Shown: positions 1-9,831 of the stretch, piece by piece
How the letters are laid out: each line of letters opens with the position of its first letter
How positions within the stretch are numbered: position 1 is the first letter of the stretch
NCBI GenBank assembly: GCA_041742135.1
Contig: JBGSJG010000004.1
Span: 45,975 to 109,974, forward strand
DNA length: 64,000 nucleotides
Source of the DNA: Patescibacteria group bacterium
GTDB taxonomy: Bacteria; Patescibacteriota; Microgenomatia; UBA8517
Reading direction: 5' to 3'
Program-made: the position numbers and the translations under genes
Notes under the pieces: generated by a model
What the model saw: only the letters and a program-made list of their open reading frames with translations
Databases searched by the model: none
What the model was told of the DNA's origin: nothing

Positions 1-525
1 GTCACTTGGAATTGTCGCTACATGAAGAGCTAGAAACACTAACGGTACGACCATAAATCTGTGGGTAAAAAGCCAAATGTGATAGCTGAGTTTAGAGTAC
101 AAAGTAAGCACAATTAAAAGAGTAAAGCCGAAAAGCGCAAGTTTACCGTAGTTGTATGGCATATATGAAATGTTTAAAAAATAAATCTTTATGTTTTGCC
201 AGAGCCCGGCGGAGCCGAACAAGAGGAGTGTGGGGTGCACGAGCATCAGATAAAATGCTACTTTTCCGGTGAGCTTGTGCTGTTTATAGACTTTATCAAG
301 GCCTCCGAAAAGATTTTCAAAATATTTAAGACGGGCGGCAAGGAGTAAATTAAGCCCAACTAGTACTGCGGCAAAAAGCCCAGCCAATTGTGTTAGTGAA
401 GACACTGGGAAGCGAGTGATTAAAGAAAGGTCGCTTTTAGCCATGAGCCACAAGATCAGTGTTCCTCCCAGTAAAAAAGTGTAGGTGGTTGTTAGGTTCT
501 TGCGAGCCTTAGGACTTTGTATCAT
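1..525 (-). CDS. Ferric reductase-like transmembrane domain protein (partial, runs off window start)
   Basis: Not in ORF track. Manual translation from ATG at 525 gives MIQSPKARKN...FGGLDKVYKQHKLTGKVAFYLMLVHP...WLFTHRFMVVPLVFLALHV, with the paired heme-ligand histidines of the family. Confidence 0.8.
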   Translation of the reverse strand, partial: MIQSPKARKNLTTTYTFLLGGTLILWLMAKSDLSLITRFPVSSLTQLAGLFAAVLVGLNLLLAARLKYFENLFGGLDKVYKQHKLTGKVAFYLMLVHPTLLLFGSAGLWQNIKIYFLNISYMPYNYGKLALFGFTLLIVLTLYSKLSYHIWLFTHRFMVVPLVFLALHVATIPSD

Positions 526-1637
526 TTGATTTCAAGTTTAATGAAATTTTGAACTTCTTGCCAGTTTCCGTTACCTGCCTTTGGAATTAATATAAATTGC
601 CCGTCACTGCTGGTTGAGTTTTGAAGATAGTCGTCGAGTGTGATGTTTTTGGGAGTGTAGTCCAGAGGGTTTCCGCTGTGGGCTAGAATTTCAATTAAGC
701 TTACCTCGGTAATGTCGGTTTTAATCATGGAACCAAATTCAGTAAAAAACTTATCGATGTTGTTTAGGGCATCAAGTGAAATTAGTTTGTTACGCACCGC
801 CGTCAGGACCGCCTGCTGGCGCTGCCCGCGGGCAAAGTCACCACCATGCTGATCTGAGTGGCGGGAACGGACAAATTTTAGAGCAGTCGCTCCGTCCATC
901 TCGGTTTTCCCCGCGTCAAAATGCAGGTGTTCATAGCGACAAGTGAATTGTTTTTCCAGATTAAAGCCAGAATAAAGTCTGTGAACCTCCTCCATTTTTT
1001 CGGGGGTGAAGCCACAGGTTTCATTTTCAAGACCTACGACAGGATAAAAGTAATCATCAAACGTCACAGGCACATCGACAACAATTCCATCAATGGCATC
1101 AATGGCGCGTTCAAAACTTCGAAAATCAACTGCGGCATAAAAATCCACGGGAAGGCCCGTTACTTCTTGGGCTGCCATCTTTGCCATTGCTCCGCCGCCG
1201 TCTTGACCTTTAAACTCTGGCTGTTTTAGAGGGTAGCCTGAGTCGTCATTGCCAATCGCAAAAGCTGCATTAATTTTATAATTTTGATTTTGGTCACTTC
1301 TAATTGGAAGCTTTACCCAACTGTCTCGGGGGATAGCGATGAGATTTACCTTTTTAGTTGTAGTGTTGACGTTTGCCAAAACTATTGCATCAGACAAGCC
1401 TCCTCCCGAGTGTCCAGTGCCACCGTAGCCTAAAAGGAGGATGTTAAAAGTATCTTTTTCTGGCTCGGCAAGTGTGTGAGAGCCAACTTTTTCCAAAATT
1501 GCTGAAGTTTTAGGAATAACAACGCTACGTTTTTGGCTTTTTACCAAAAGAATCATAGATACCGAGGCTGCTACAACGGAAGCAATGAAGCAAATAATAA
1601 TTACTCGGCCTGAGAAAGTTTGCAGAAGCGTCTTCAT
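522..1637 (-). CDS. LCP (LytR-CpsA-Psr) family cell-wall phosphotransferase
   Basis: N-terminal TM; NILLLG, SDAIVL, IPRDSW, KINAA, FVRSRH, DFARGQRQQ motifs. Confidence 0.93.
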   Translation of the reverse strand: MKTLLQTFSGRVIIICFIASVVAASVSMILLVKSQKRSVVIPKTSAILEKVGSHTLAEPEKDTFNILLLGYGGTGHSGGGLSDAIVLANVNTTTKKVNLIAIPRDSWVKLPIRSDQNQNYKINAAFAIGNDDSGYPLKQPEFKGQDGGGAMAKMAAQEVTGLPVDFYAAVDFRSFERAIDAIDGIVVDVPVTFDDYFYPVVGLENETCGFTPEKMEEVHRLYSGFNLEKQFTCRYEHLHFDAGKTEMDGATALKFVRSRHSDQHGGDFARGQRQQAVLTAVRNKLISLDALNNIDKFFTEFGSMIKTDITEVSLIEILAHSGNPLDYTPKNITLDDYLQNSTSSDGQFILIPKAGNGNWQEVQNFIKLEIK

Positions 1638-1942
1638 TTGTGCTCTGTGCTTTTTTCCTTTTGTTTTCGAAGCCTACGCTCGAGATCATCCGCTAGGCTG
1701 GTTATCGCAAAAAAAAGCTCTTTGTGAGACCCTTCTGAATAAATGTTCTGTCCGGGGATATCTAGCCTGCACTTGGCTTTAAAACCCCACCGTTCGTTTC
1801 GCTCTATTCGCAGATCAATACCCACAGAATCAGCCGGGGATTTCTTAAAATATTTACTAATCTTCCTTAGAAGTTTCTTTTCGACTTCAGATTTAATTTC
1901 CGGTGTCAGCTCTACTCCTTCTGTGGCAATTTGTAGCTTCAT
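1634..1942 (-). CDS. hpf: Ribosome hibernation promoting factor (HPF/RaiA family)
   Basis: MKLQI..GVELTPEIKSEVEKKL start and LFFAITSLADDLERRLRKQKEK end. Confidence 0.82.
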   Translation of the reverse strand: MKLQIATEGVELTPEIKSEVEKKLLRKISKYFKKSPADSVGIDLRIERNERWGFKAKCRLDIPGQNIYSEGSHKELFFAITSLADDLERRLRKQKEKSTEHK

Positions 1943-1973
1943 GAACTGAGTATATTATACTACTACATACAGC

Positions 1974-2933
1974 ATGGAGAAGGAAGAGTATTTTAAGGCG
2001 GAAATAATTGAGGAAGATGGAGCGCTCCGGCTACGGGCATTGGATGGTAGTCTTAGTAGCCAAGAATTTGAAGTAACGCTTCTAGATGTAGCTCAAGAGA
2101 AGCAGGGTTTTAATGTTGGAGAAAAAGTTGTGGTTTTGGCAACTGCAAATCCCGAAGGAACGCAGTTTACCATTGTCGATTATGTACGCCATGACGCGTT
2201 AACTCTCCTATTTGTCTTGTTTGTATTTGTGGCGGTAATAGTTGGGCGCAAGTGGGGAGTGGCCTCGCTTGTAGGCATGGCATTTTCTTTCTTGGTGATA
2301 TTCATGTTTATATTGCCAAGAATTATCGCCGGGGGGGATCCAGTTTTTAACACAATCTTGGGAGCATCGTTTATAGTCCCTGTCACTTTTTATATGTCGC
2401 ATGGTTTTTCGGACAAGACACATGTAGCGATATTTTCGACAATAATTACGCTTATAATTATAGGCGTGCTTGCGGCGTTTTTTATACAACTGGCGCACCT
2501 GACTGGCTATGCCGCTGAAGAGGCAATCTTTTTACAAAATTTGGGAGAGTTTAATATTCGAGGGATTTTACTGTCGGGAATTATTATTGGTTCTTTGGGA
2601 GTGCTGGACGATATAACGATTTCTCAGGCTAGTATAGTTTTGGAGCTTTACAGCTCTAACGCCAAAACATCAAAAGGCGACCTCTACAGGCGCGCGATGA
2701 ATGTGGGCCGCGACCATATTGCTTCGCTTGTTAACACTTTGGTTTTGGTTTACACCGGAGCTTCTTTGCCTTTACTACTTTTATTCACAGAGTCTGGAAG
2801 GAGCTTTTCCGACATTATTAATATTGAAATGGTTGCGGACGAAATCGTTAGAACGCTGGCTGGCAGCATTGGTCTAATTATTGCTGTTCCTTTGACAACT
2901 TTTATTGCAGTTTATGCATTAGCTAAAAAATAA
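1974..2933 (+). CDS. YibE/F family membrane protein
   Basis: Multi-TM; GIIIGSLGVLDDITISQAS, AMNVGRDHIASLVNTLVLVYTG, EIVRTLAGSIG. Confidence 0.92.
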   Translation: MEKEEYFKAEIIEEDGALRLRALDGSLSSQEFEVTLLDVAQEKQGFNVGEKVVVLATANPEGTQFTIVDYVRHDALTLLFVLFVFVAVIVGRKWGVASLVGMAFSFLVIFMFILPRIIAGGDPVFNTILGASFIVPVTFYMSHGFSDKTHVAIFSTIITLIIIGVLAAFFIQLAHLTGYAAEEAIFLQNLGEFNIRGILLSGIIIGSLGVLDDITISQASIVLELYSSNAKTSKGDLYRRAMNVGRDHIASLVNTLVLVYTGASLPLLLLFTESGRSFSDIINIEMVADEIVRTLAGSIGLIIAVPLTTFIAVYALAKK

Positions 2934-2962
2934 ATGTGTAAAAATTGTCGATGGATTCTTGT

Positions 2963-3805
2963 CTATTCGTCGTGCGAGAATTTGTTTAGCAATTCTTTGA
3001 GCATGTTTTCACTGTAATTCTCTCTTGTTATCTGAAATAACATTTTAAATGTTCCACCTCCAAATTGCTCGTCTGTTTGTGTCTCTAGGTTTTTCCAGTC
3101 ACCAGTTAATCTAGCTTCAATAATCAAGTCCATCCATGAAGGAATTTTGCACTCTATTAGTGAATGTAAACGGACAAAGTTGTCTGCAACCAAAGACATG
3201 CGAGTGCCTAAATCTGTAAAAATATATGAGACATAAGTTTTCGGTGACGGCAAAGACTTTTCTTCCAGTTCTTTTCTCAGGGCTGCCATTTTTTGTGTTT
3301 TTAAAATATAGTCATCTTTGAATAGTAATTTCGCTCGGTGTGTGACGTAGAATTCTTCTTCTTTACTTACAAACCCTTCTTCAAAGAAGTAGCCCTGATA
3401 GCTTCGGATTTCGTTGTTTTTGTTTTTCACCGGAATCGGAACAATCGACTTTAGGCAATAAAGATGATCTAGTTCATGGAAAAGCAATGAAACAATGTCT
3501 AGGTTTGACATTCCCGGTTCTACAAAGATGACCACTACTGCATTTAAAGTAAGAGCTAACGAATTTGAAAAATCACTGTCTTGCCTTCCGCCAGCGTTGA
3601 CATATGCAGCGCTAACGGTGGCATTGTGTTTGCTGGGTATTAAATAGATGCGAGGCTCTGATGATTTAAAATTGTATTTCTCAGCCCGCTTGGAAAAATA
3701 ATTAATTAAATAAGATCGCTCGCTTACTAAACTTGCCCCAACCTTTTTCTGTAGTTTTTTTAAAATAGATTCCATTAAATTTTTCCTATAATTTGTTTTT
3801 ACCAC
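2963..3805 (-). CDS. Hypothetical protein with HExxH (HELDH) zincin-like motif
   Basis: 280-aa ORF; LFHELDH followed by FFEEGF. Confidence 0.6.
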   Translation of the reverse strand: MVKTNYRKNLMESILKKLQKKVGASLVSERSYLINYFSKRAEKYNFKSSEPRIYLIPSKHNATVSAAYVNAGGRQDSDFSNSLALTLNAVVVIFVEPGMSNLDIVSLLFHELDHLYCLKSIVPIPVKNKNNEIRSYQGYFFEEGFVSKEEEFYVTHRAKLLFKDDYILKTQKMAALRKELEEKSLPSPKTYVSYIFTDLGTRMSLVADNFVRLHSLIECKIPSWMDLIIEARLTGDWKNLETQTDEQFGGGTFKMLFQITRENYSENMLKELLNKFSHDE

Positions 3806-4461
3806 TCAATAGGTTCTTTGTCGTGCAGAATTAGGTAAGCATTCGTTTTTGTAAAATGGCGGCAACCAAAAAAGCCTTTGTCTGCTGAAAAAGGGGAAGG
3901 GTGGGGAGCTACGAGGACTAAATGCTTTTCTCGGTCGATGAACTCTCCCTTTTTTTGTGCATATGCTCCCCACAAGAGAAACACTAAGTTTGTTTTGTTA
4001 TTGGCGAGATACTTTACAGCGGCGTCCGTGAACTCCTCCCAGCCTTTTGCTTGGTGGCTTCCCGGACTACCACCGCGAACTGTCAAGGTTGCATTTAAAA
4101 GTAGCACTCCTTGTGTTGCCCAGCGAGTCAAGTTTCCATCGTTTGGCGGCCTTTTGCCTGTGTCGCCTTCAATTTCTTTGTAGATATTGTGAAGAGATGG
4201 GGGAACTGGTACTCCTTCGGGAACAGAAAAAGAAAGCCCGTGTGCTTGGCCTGCCCCGTGGTAGGGATCCTGGCCTAAAATAACCACTTTTGTATTTTCA
4301 ATGGGCGATGCATCAAAAGCTGTGAAAATTTTTTGAGGCGGTGGGTATACCGTGGCAGTGGCATACTCAGATTTTACGAACTTTGCAAGGCTGGCAAAGT
4401 AAGGCTTCTCAAATTCATCTGAAAGTACTTTTTTCCAGGATGACTCAAGTTTTACATCCAT
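3799..4461 (-). CDS. ung: Uracil-DNA glycosylase family 1
   Basis: GQDPYH, VLLLNATLTV, HPSPFS motifs; start moved to ATG 4461. Confidence 0.97.
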   Translation of the reverse strand: MDVKLESSWKKVLSDEFEKPYFASLAKFVKSEYATATVYPPPQKIFTAFDASPIENTKVVILGQDPYHGAGQAHGLSFSVPEGVPVPPSLHNIYKEIEGDTGKRPPNDGNLTRWATQGVLLLNATLTVRGGSPGSHQAKGWEEFTDAAVKYLANNKTNLVFLLWGAYAQKKGEFIDREKHLVLVAPHPSPFSADKGFFGCRHFTKTNAYLILHDKEPIEW

Positions 4462-4514
4462 CAGCCACAAGTTTACACCAAATTAGTATATATTTAACTA
4501 AGGGGGTGATTTAG

Positions 4515-4691
4515 ATGAAGAAAAAAGATATGAGACAAGTGTCTCAAGTTTTAATAGCTGGAGCCGTTATCGCCGTAGTATTGGCCGCTATTGGGTATAC
4601 CGGGGTTGATATTTGGCTGGCTTCAACTCAATGGCTTTTGGTCGCGGCTGTTTTGGCCTTGTTTGGAGTTTATACCAAAATAAACTCATAG
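4515..4691 (+). CDS. Small two-TM membrane protein (58 aa)
   Basis: Below ORF-track cutoff: MKKKDMRQVSQVLIAGAVIAVVLAAIGYTGVDIWLASTQWLLVAAVLALFGVYTKINS; preceded by SD-like AGGGGGTGA. Confidence 0.75.
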   Translation: MKKKDMRQVSQVLIAGAVIAVVLAAIGYTGVDIWLASTQWLLVAAVLALFGVYTKINS

Positions 4692-4693
4692 TT

Positions 4694-4722
4694 TTGACAC
4701 CTTTATGCTTTTTTGTTAGGCT
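4694..4722 (+). promoter_or_regulatory. Sigma70-type promoter (leaderless) for 4729 ORF
   Basis: TTGACA-17 nt-TAGGCT, then 6 nt to ATG. Confidence 0.6.
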
Positions 4723-4728
4723 TGTGTC

Positions 4729-5190
4729 ATGAAAGCCGCCGTATTTTTGGTGGTAGTTTTGCTTCTGGGTCTTGTCGGCTTTTTATTTTTATCAAAGTCT
4801 CGTGACAACACTCCTAAAATTACCGATGAAGCAGCCACTCAAACAGTAGAAGTCGAGAATAAAATTGAGGAAATATTTGGGAGAAATATTCCTGACGATG
4901 TAGAAAAGCTGTCCCTTACAGATTTGACCAACGAAAGCTTGTTGGCTATTGCGACAAGAAAAGAAGAATCGGGCAGTGTCGAATTCTCGGTTTTAGCTGA
5001 TTTGCCAGAAAACCAAGAATCATATGAGGTCTGGGCTGGCGCGAGTAGCCAAACTGCTCAGAAAATTGGGAGTTTGATATCGGCTAAAGCCGGGTACATT
5101 TTTGAAGAAAACTCTCTTGGAGCACTTTCTGATTTTGAGTATGTTGCAATTATGCGTTCTGGCCAGAAAATGCTTGAAGGGTCCTTTTAA
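4729..5190 (+). CDS. Hypothetical membrane-anchored protein
   Basis: N-terminal hydrophobic anchor, 153 aa. Confidence 0.7.
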   Translation: MKAAVFLVVVLLLGLVGFLFLSKSRDNTPKITDEAATQTVEVENKIEEIFGRNIPDDVEKLSLTDLTNESLLAIATRKEESGSVEFSVLADLPENQESYEVWAGASSQTAQKIGSLISAKAGYIFEENSLGALSDFEYVAIMRSGQKMLEGSF

Positions 5191-5215
5191 TACTTCAATT
5201 TGGTACAATGAACTA

Positions 5216-5923
5216 ATGAAAAGGTTGACCGCAATACTGCTCGTGTCTTTATTTTTCATGGTGTCTCTACGCTCGGCGCAGGCTGCAATGCTAACTTTTA
5301 CTAAAAATGGCGAGGTTTATTGGAATGTTTTGGGTCTTGAAGATAGTACCTTGGAAGTGACGAAGGTTGTGGAGAAATTTGTAAGTGGGATGCCTTCAAC
5401 TGTAATTTTGTCAAACGATCAGGGGACAGTAAGGTTAAGTTATGGTGATCGTGGTGAGCGCGAGGTCGACATTTCGGGCTATAACGAGGACATTGTTGAG
5501 ATCGAAGGCAAGGAGTCAGCAAAAAAACTTTTTATTCGAGCGACCGACAACGGTTTTTCGATTCGAGAAAAAGCTATTACCGCAAATACCAGCTTTCCTA
5601 TAAAAATTAATTCGCCCCAAAATAAAATTGCAGTAACCACGCCTTCAGGTGAGAGGTTTCTGTCAGTTTCACCATTTGATGCAGTGAACCAGATTGTGCG
5701 CACCAATATCATAAGCGCGTTTGCGGGGGAGGCAACAATCGATTTAGTCGAAAAAAGTGAGGGGGAAATTGCCTACGTCATAATTGGCAAGAAGGATATT
5801 CAACTTTTTAATATTTTTATGATTGAAGTGCCAATAACAGCTGAAGTTTCAGCACTCAGTGGCAACGTCATTGATGTAGTTAGCCCACTTTGGTATTCTG
5901 TTGTAGATTTTCTGTTGGTTTAA
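5216..5923 (+). CDS. Hypothetical secreted protein
   Basis: Signal peptide MKRLTAILLVSLFFMVSLRSAQA from ATG 5216; TACAAT 6 nt upstream. Confidence 0.7.
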   Translation: MKRLTAILLVSLFFMVSLRSAQAAMLTFTKNGEVYWNVLGLEDSTLEVTKVVEKFVSGMPSTVILSNDQGTVRLSYGDRGEREVDISGYNEDIVEIEGKESAKKLFIRATDNGFSIREKAITANTSFPIKINSPQNKIAVTTPSGERFLSVSPFDAVNQIVRTNIISAFAGEATIDLVEKSEGEIAYVIIGKKDIQLFNIFMIEVPITAEVSALSGNVIDVVSPLWYSVVDFLLV

Positions 5924-5938
5924 TTTAGTTCTTATCCA

Positions 5939-6598
5939 ATGTTATTTGTTAATTTTAAAACTTACGAAGAAGCTTCAGGTTTTTTTGGACTGGAACTTCT
6001 CGAAAAACTTGGCGAAGCAGCTCGCGAGAACCAGACAAAAGTTGTTGCAGTTATGCAGGCTGCCGATATCCGAGAAGCTACGATTTCTTCTGGGCTTGAA
6101 ATCTGGGCTCAGCATGTTGATGCAGTAGACTATGGAGCTCACACTGGAGCAATTTTGCCCGAGGCTGTTTTGACAGACGGCGCGGCTGGCACATTTTTAA
6201 ATCACTCAGAGAATAAATATCAGGACCACAAAGCGCTTGAGGCTGTAGTTGAGCGCTGCCGAAAAATTGGGCTCAAGACTTTAGTTTTTGCAGCAGACAT
6301 TTCTGAGCTTAAAAAGATATTGGCTTTAAAGCCAGATTTTGTTTCTTACGAACCACCTGAGCTGGTTGGTAGTAAAACCACGTCAGTTGCCGAGGCTAAG
6401 CCGGAAGTAATTGCTGAAGCGGTTAAGCTTTCACACGAAGCTCGAATTCCTTTAATTGTGGGGGCAGGCATTAAATCTAAAAAAGATGTGGAAGTAAGTG
6501 TTAGTTTGGGAGCAGATGGGGTGGCGGTTGCAAGCGATATTGTTAAGGCCGAGGATCCTAAAAAAGAAACGATCGATCTTTTAGAGGGGTTTAAATAA
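5939..6598 (+). CDS. tpiA: Triosephosphate isomerase, short archaeal type
   Basis: VNFKTY, AQHVD, GAHTG, LNHSE, YEPPELVG, GAGI motifs; 219 aa. Confidence 0.93.
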   Translation: MLFVNFKTYEEASGFFGLELLEKLGEAARENQTKVVAVMQAADIREATISSGLEIWAQHVDAVDYGAHTGAILPEAVLTDGAAGTFLNHSENKYQDHKALEAVVERCRKIGLKTLVFAADISELKKILALKPDFVSYEPPELVGSKTTSVAEAKPEVIAEAVKLSHEARIPLIVGAGIKSKKDVEVSVSLGADGVAVASDIVKAEDPKKETIDLLEGFK

Positions 6599-6600
6599 TT

Positions 6601-7035
6601 ATGAAAATTTATATTGGTGCGGATCACAGAGGTTTTGAGCTTAAAAAGAAAGTTTTAGCTTGGCTTTCGGAGGCTGTTGACATGGGTGCTTTTGAGTATG
6701 ACCCACAAGACGACTATACGCTTTATGCCGAAAAAGTGGCTTCAATGGTCGTGGACAATAACGCTCGTGGAATATTGCTTTGTGGCTCGGGAGTGGGAGT
6801 TGACGTTGTGGCAAATAAGTTTGATAACGTGCGAGCATCGGTTGGTAAGTCTCCCGAGCAAGTGGCGGCCGGCCGTCGTGACGACAATATGAACATTTTA
6901 GTAATTGCGGCAGACTATACGAATGAAGAAGAAGCCAAACAAATGGTTGAGGCTTTTACTAAAACCAAGTTTTCAGGGAAAGCACGCCACAGGCGAAGAC
7001 TTAAAGATATTGAAAGAATCGAGGCTAATAATTAA
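6601..7035 (+). CDS. rpiB: Ribose-5-phosphate isomerase B
   Basis: IGADHRGFELK, GILLCGSGVG, ANK, RHRRR. Confidence 0.95.
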   Translation: MKIYIGADHRGFELKKKVLAWLSEAVDMGAFEYDPQDDYTLYAEKVASMVVDNNARGILLCGSGVGVDVVANKFDNVRASVGKSPEQVAAGRRDDNMNILVIAADYTNEEEAKQMVEAFTKTKFSGKARHRRRLKDIERIEANN

Positions 7036-8051
7036 TGAAAGTTCAAACTTTTGAGGAGATCGATCTTACTGGCAAGAGAGTTTTAGTGAGAGCTGACTTG
7101 GATGTTCCGTTTGAAGGCACAGAGGTCCGCGATGATTCTAGAATCGTAAACTGCACTCCCACCTTTAAGCGAATTTTGGAAAAAGGAGCAGCCCAGCTTT
7201 TAATTTTGGGGCATATTGGCAAATACGAAGGAGAGGAAAAAACCGTGTCGACTGAGTTTTTAGTTCCAACTTTGGAAAAATTACTTGGGGAGAGTGTGAA
7301 GTTTGTATCCGGAATGCCTCCAACGGGAGAGCTGGCGGGCAGAATAATCTTATTAGATAACGTCCGAAAAGACCCCAGAGAAGAACAAAATAGCGATGAG
7401 TTTTCGAAGGGAATTGCACGACTTGCCGACACTTATGTTAACGAAGCTTTTGCTACTTCTCACAGAGAGCACTCTTCAATTGTTGGCATTTCAAAATTTC
7501 TACCTAAGTACGCTGGGATTCGTTTCGCGCGTGAAGTGGAAACACTCTCGGAGATTTTGGAAAATCCAAAAAAGCCAGTTGTGGCGCTAATTAGTGGAAT
7601 TAAGAGAGATAAATTAACTTATATAAATAATTTTTTGGGCTTTTCCGATCGCATTTTAGTTGCAGGGAGGCTTCCTGAGTACATTGAGGACAACGATCCT
7701 CTGAGAAGTAACTCGAAGGTGGTTGTTGCTCGATTGATTCCAGACAAGGAGGATATAACAATTCATGCGATCGAGGCATTCGAACAGGAAATTGACCGTG
7801 CGGAAACTGTGATTGTCGCTGGAGTTTTGGGCAAATATGAAGAAGAGGGTCACAGGCAGGGGACGAAGCGCGTGTTTGAAAAAGTGGCAAATTCTAGCGC
7901 ATATAAACTTATGGGCGGAGGAGACTCTGAAGCCGCCGCATCGCTTTTTGGCATAACTGACAAATTTGACTGGATTAGTACGGGTGGAGGCGCCATGCTT
8001 GAGTTTTTGGCAAAAGGAACTTTACCTGGGATTGAAGCATTGATACACTGA
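7035..8051 (+). CDS. pgk: Phosphoglycerate kinase (compact form)
   Basis: KRVLVRADLDVP, NEAFATSHR, GGGDS, ISTGGGAMLEFL. Confidence 0.93.
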   Translation: MKVQTFEEIDLTGKRVLVRADLDVPFEGTEVRDDSRIVNCTPTFKRILEKGAAQLLILGHIGKYEGEEKTVSTEFLVPTLEKLLGESVKFVSGMPPTGELAGRIILLDNVRKDPREEQNSDEFSKGIARLADTYVNEAFATSHREHSSIVGISKFLPKYAGIRFAREVETLSEILENPKKPVVALISGIKRDKLTYINNFLGFSDRILVAGRLPEYIEDNDPLRSNSKVVVARLIPDKEDITIHAIEAFEQEIDRAETVIVAGVLGKYEEEGHRQGTKRVFEKVANSSAYKLMGGGDSEAAASLFGITDKFDWISTGGGAMLEFLAKGTLPGIEALIH

Positions 8052-8054
8052 ACT

Positions 8055-9170
8055 ATGATTAAGGTAGGAATAAATGGATTTGGAAGAATTGGCAGGCTTG
8101 CGTATCGTGTGGCGCTTAGCAAGCACACGGGCGAGATTGAAATTGCGGCAGTGAACACTTCAGGATCGATGAACACGGCAGGTTGGGCGCATTTGGTCAA
8201 CTACGACACGATGTATCGCAGGTTTGAGCACGAAGTTCATGCTGAAGAAATTCGTGACCCAAAAGAAGTAACTGATGAAAATCCTGAGATTGGAAAACTT
8301 AAAACCGAGGGCCATGAAACTGTCGTACTTGCTCAAAGAGAGCCAGACAAAATTCCATGGGGCAAATACGGGGTAGATGTAGTGATCGAATCTACTGGAA
8401 AATTTATTAAAGAAGAGGATGCTAAAAAACATGCAGTGGGTGGAGCCAAGAGGGTAGTAATTTCAGCCCCTTCCAAAGGTGGCAATGTGGGGACTTATGT
8501 CTTGGGTGTAAATGATTACCCTTCGACAAGCTCAGGGCAAGCAGCTCCTACTGTCATATCAAATGCTTCTTGCACCACAAACTGTGTTGCCCCTGTGGCC
8601 TCAGTAATTCATAGTAACTTTGGAATAGAAAAAGCCATGATGACTACGGTTCACGGCTATACTGATGATCAAAACCTTCAAGATAATTCTCACAAAGACT
8701 TGCGCCGTGCTCGTGCGGCTGCTGTAAACATTGTGCCTACTTCCACAGGCGCAGCTATCGCAACAACCGAAACCATCCCCGAACTCAAAGGAATTTTTGA
8801 TGGAATGAGTCTTCGTGTGCCTGTAATTACGGGTTCAATTACTGACTTCACATTCCTTCTTAAAAAAGTTGTAACCATCGAAGAGGTGAATGAGGCTTTT
8901 AAAAAAGCTGCCGAGAATGCGCTATACAAAGGCATTCTGGCAGTAAGCGAGGAGCCATTGGTTAGTAGTGACATAATTGGAAGAAGCGAATCGGCAATAG
9001 TGGATTTGGGATTAACTCAAATTGTCGACGGAAACATGCTTAAAGTTTTTGCTTGGTATGACAACGAATGGGGATATACCAATAGACTTGTCGAACAAGT
9101 TATTCGAGTAGGAAGGACTCTTGAAACTCAAACTGCCCCAAGCGACCCGATAACGCTTTCTCATCAATGA
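8055..9170 (+). CDS. gap: Type I glyceraldehyde-3-phosphate dehydrogenase
   Basis: GINGFGRIGR, SNASCTTNC, WYDNEWGY. Confidence 0.98.
   Translation: MIKVGINGFGRIGRLAYRVALSKHTGEIEIAAVNTSGSMNTAGWAHLVNYDTMYRRFEHEVHAEEIRDPKEVTDENPEIGKLKTEGHETVVLAQREPDKIPWGKYGVDVVIESTGKFIKEEDAKKHAVGGAKRVVISAPSKGGNVGTYVLGVNDYPSTSSGQAAPTVISNASCTTNCVAPVASVIHSNFGIEKAMMTTVHGYTDDQNLQDNSHKDLRRARAAAVNIVPTSTGAAIATTETIPELKGIFDGMSLRVPVITGSITDFTFLLKKVVTIEEVNEAFKKAAENALYKGILAVSEEPLVSSDIIGRSESAIVDLGLTQIVDGNMLKVFAWYDNEWGYTNRLVEQVIRVGRTLETQTAPSDPITLSHQ
8519..8541 (+). repeat. REP-like element CCCTTCGACAAGCTCAGGGCAAG inside gap (encodes PSTSSGQ)
   Basis: Shares the CCTTCGAC-nn-GCTCAGG core with intergenic elements at 34055 and 38665. 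Confidence 0.7.
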
Positions 9171-9814
9171 AAGACATCGAAATAATTCCTGGCATTTTGA
9201 CCAACAATTCCGAAGAGCTTCGTTCTCTTTTGGCGCGTGCAACGGGCGTGGCAAAACGAGTTCATATAGATATTATCGATGGCGTTTTTGCTGGCAATAA
9301 AACTATCGATCCGTCGGTACTAAACAATATCGACAATTCACTTTTAATTGATTTTCATTTGATGGTAAAAAGCCCCATAAGCTGGCTTGAAAAGTGTTTG
9401 CAAGCTGGAGGAGCTCGTGCGATTGGTCAAGTAGAAAGGATGAATGACCCGGAAGAGTACGTTAAAAAGTGCCAAGGATTGGGATTGTCTCCCGGGTTGG
9501 CATTGGATCTAACTACCCCGGTGGATTATATTGAGCCTCGGATTTTGATGGATGTGGACGTTGTACTTCTAATGAGTGTTCCGGCTGGCTACGGAGGGCA
9601 GAAATTTGAAGACTCGGTTTTAACAAAAATTAAGGAATTAATAGAAATTCGCGGGCGAGACTCTCAGCCTTTTAAAATAATTGATGATGGGGGGATAGTT
9701 TTATCAAACGTTGACGATGTCGCTCGAGCTGGTGTTGACGAGGTAGTAATTGGCCAGAGAATTTTTGAAGGGGATTTGAAAGACAATATCGCAAAATTTA
9801 AAAGTGCCGCATGA
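9167..9814 (+). CDS. rpe: Ribulose-phosphate 3-epimerase
   Basis: HIDIIDG, DFHLMV, LLMSVPAGYGGQKF, DGGI. Confidence 0.93.
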   Translation: MKDIEIIPGILTNNSEELRSLLARATGVAKRVHIDIIDGVFAGNKTIDPSVLNNIDNSLLIDFHLMVKSPISWLEKCLQAGGARAIGQVERMNDPEEYVKKCQGLGLSPGLALDLTTPVDYIEPRILMDVDVVLLMSVPAGYGGQKFEDSVLTKIKELIEIRGRDSQPFKIIDDGGIVLSNVDDVARAGVDEVVIGQRIFEGDLKDNIAKFKSAA

Positions 9815-9831
9815 TATGTTAACCTGAAGAC

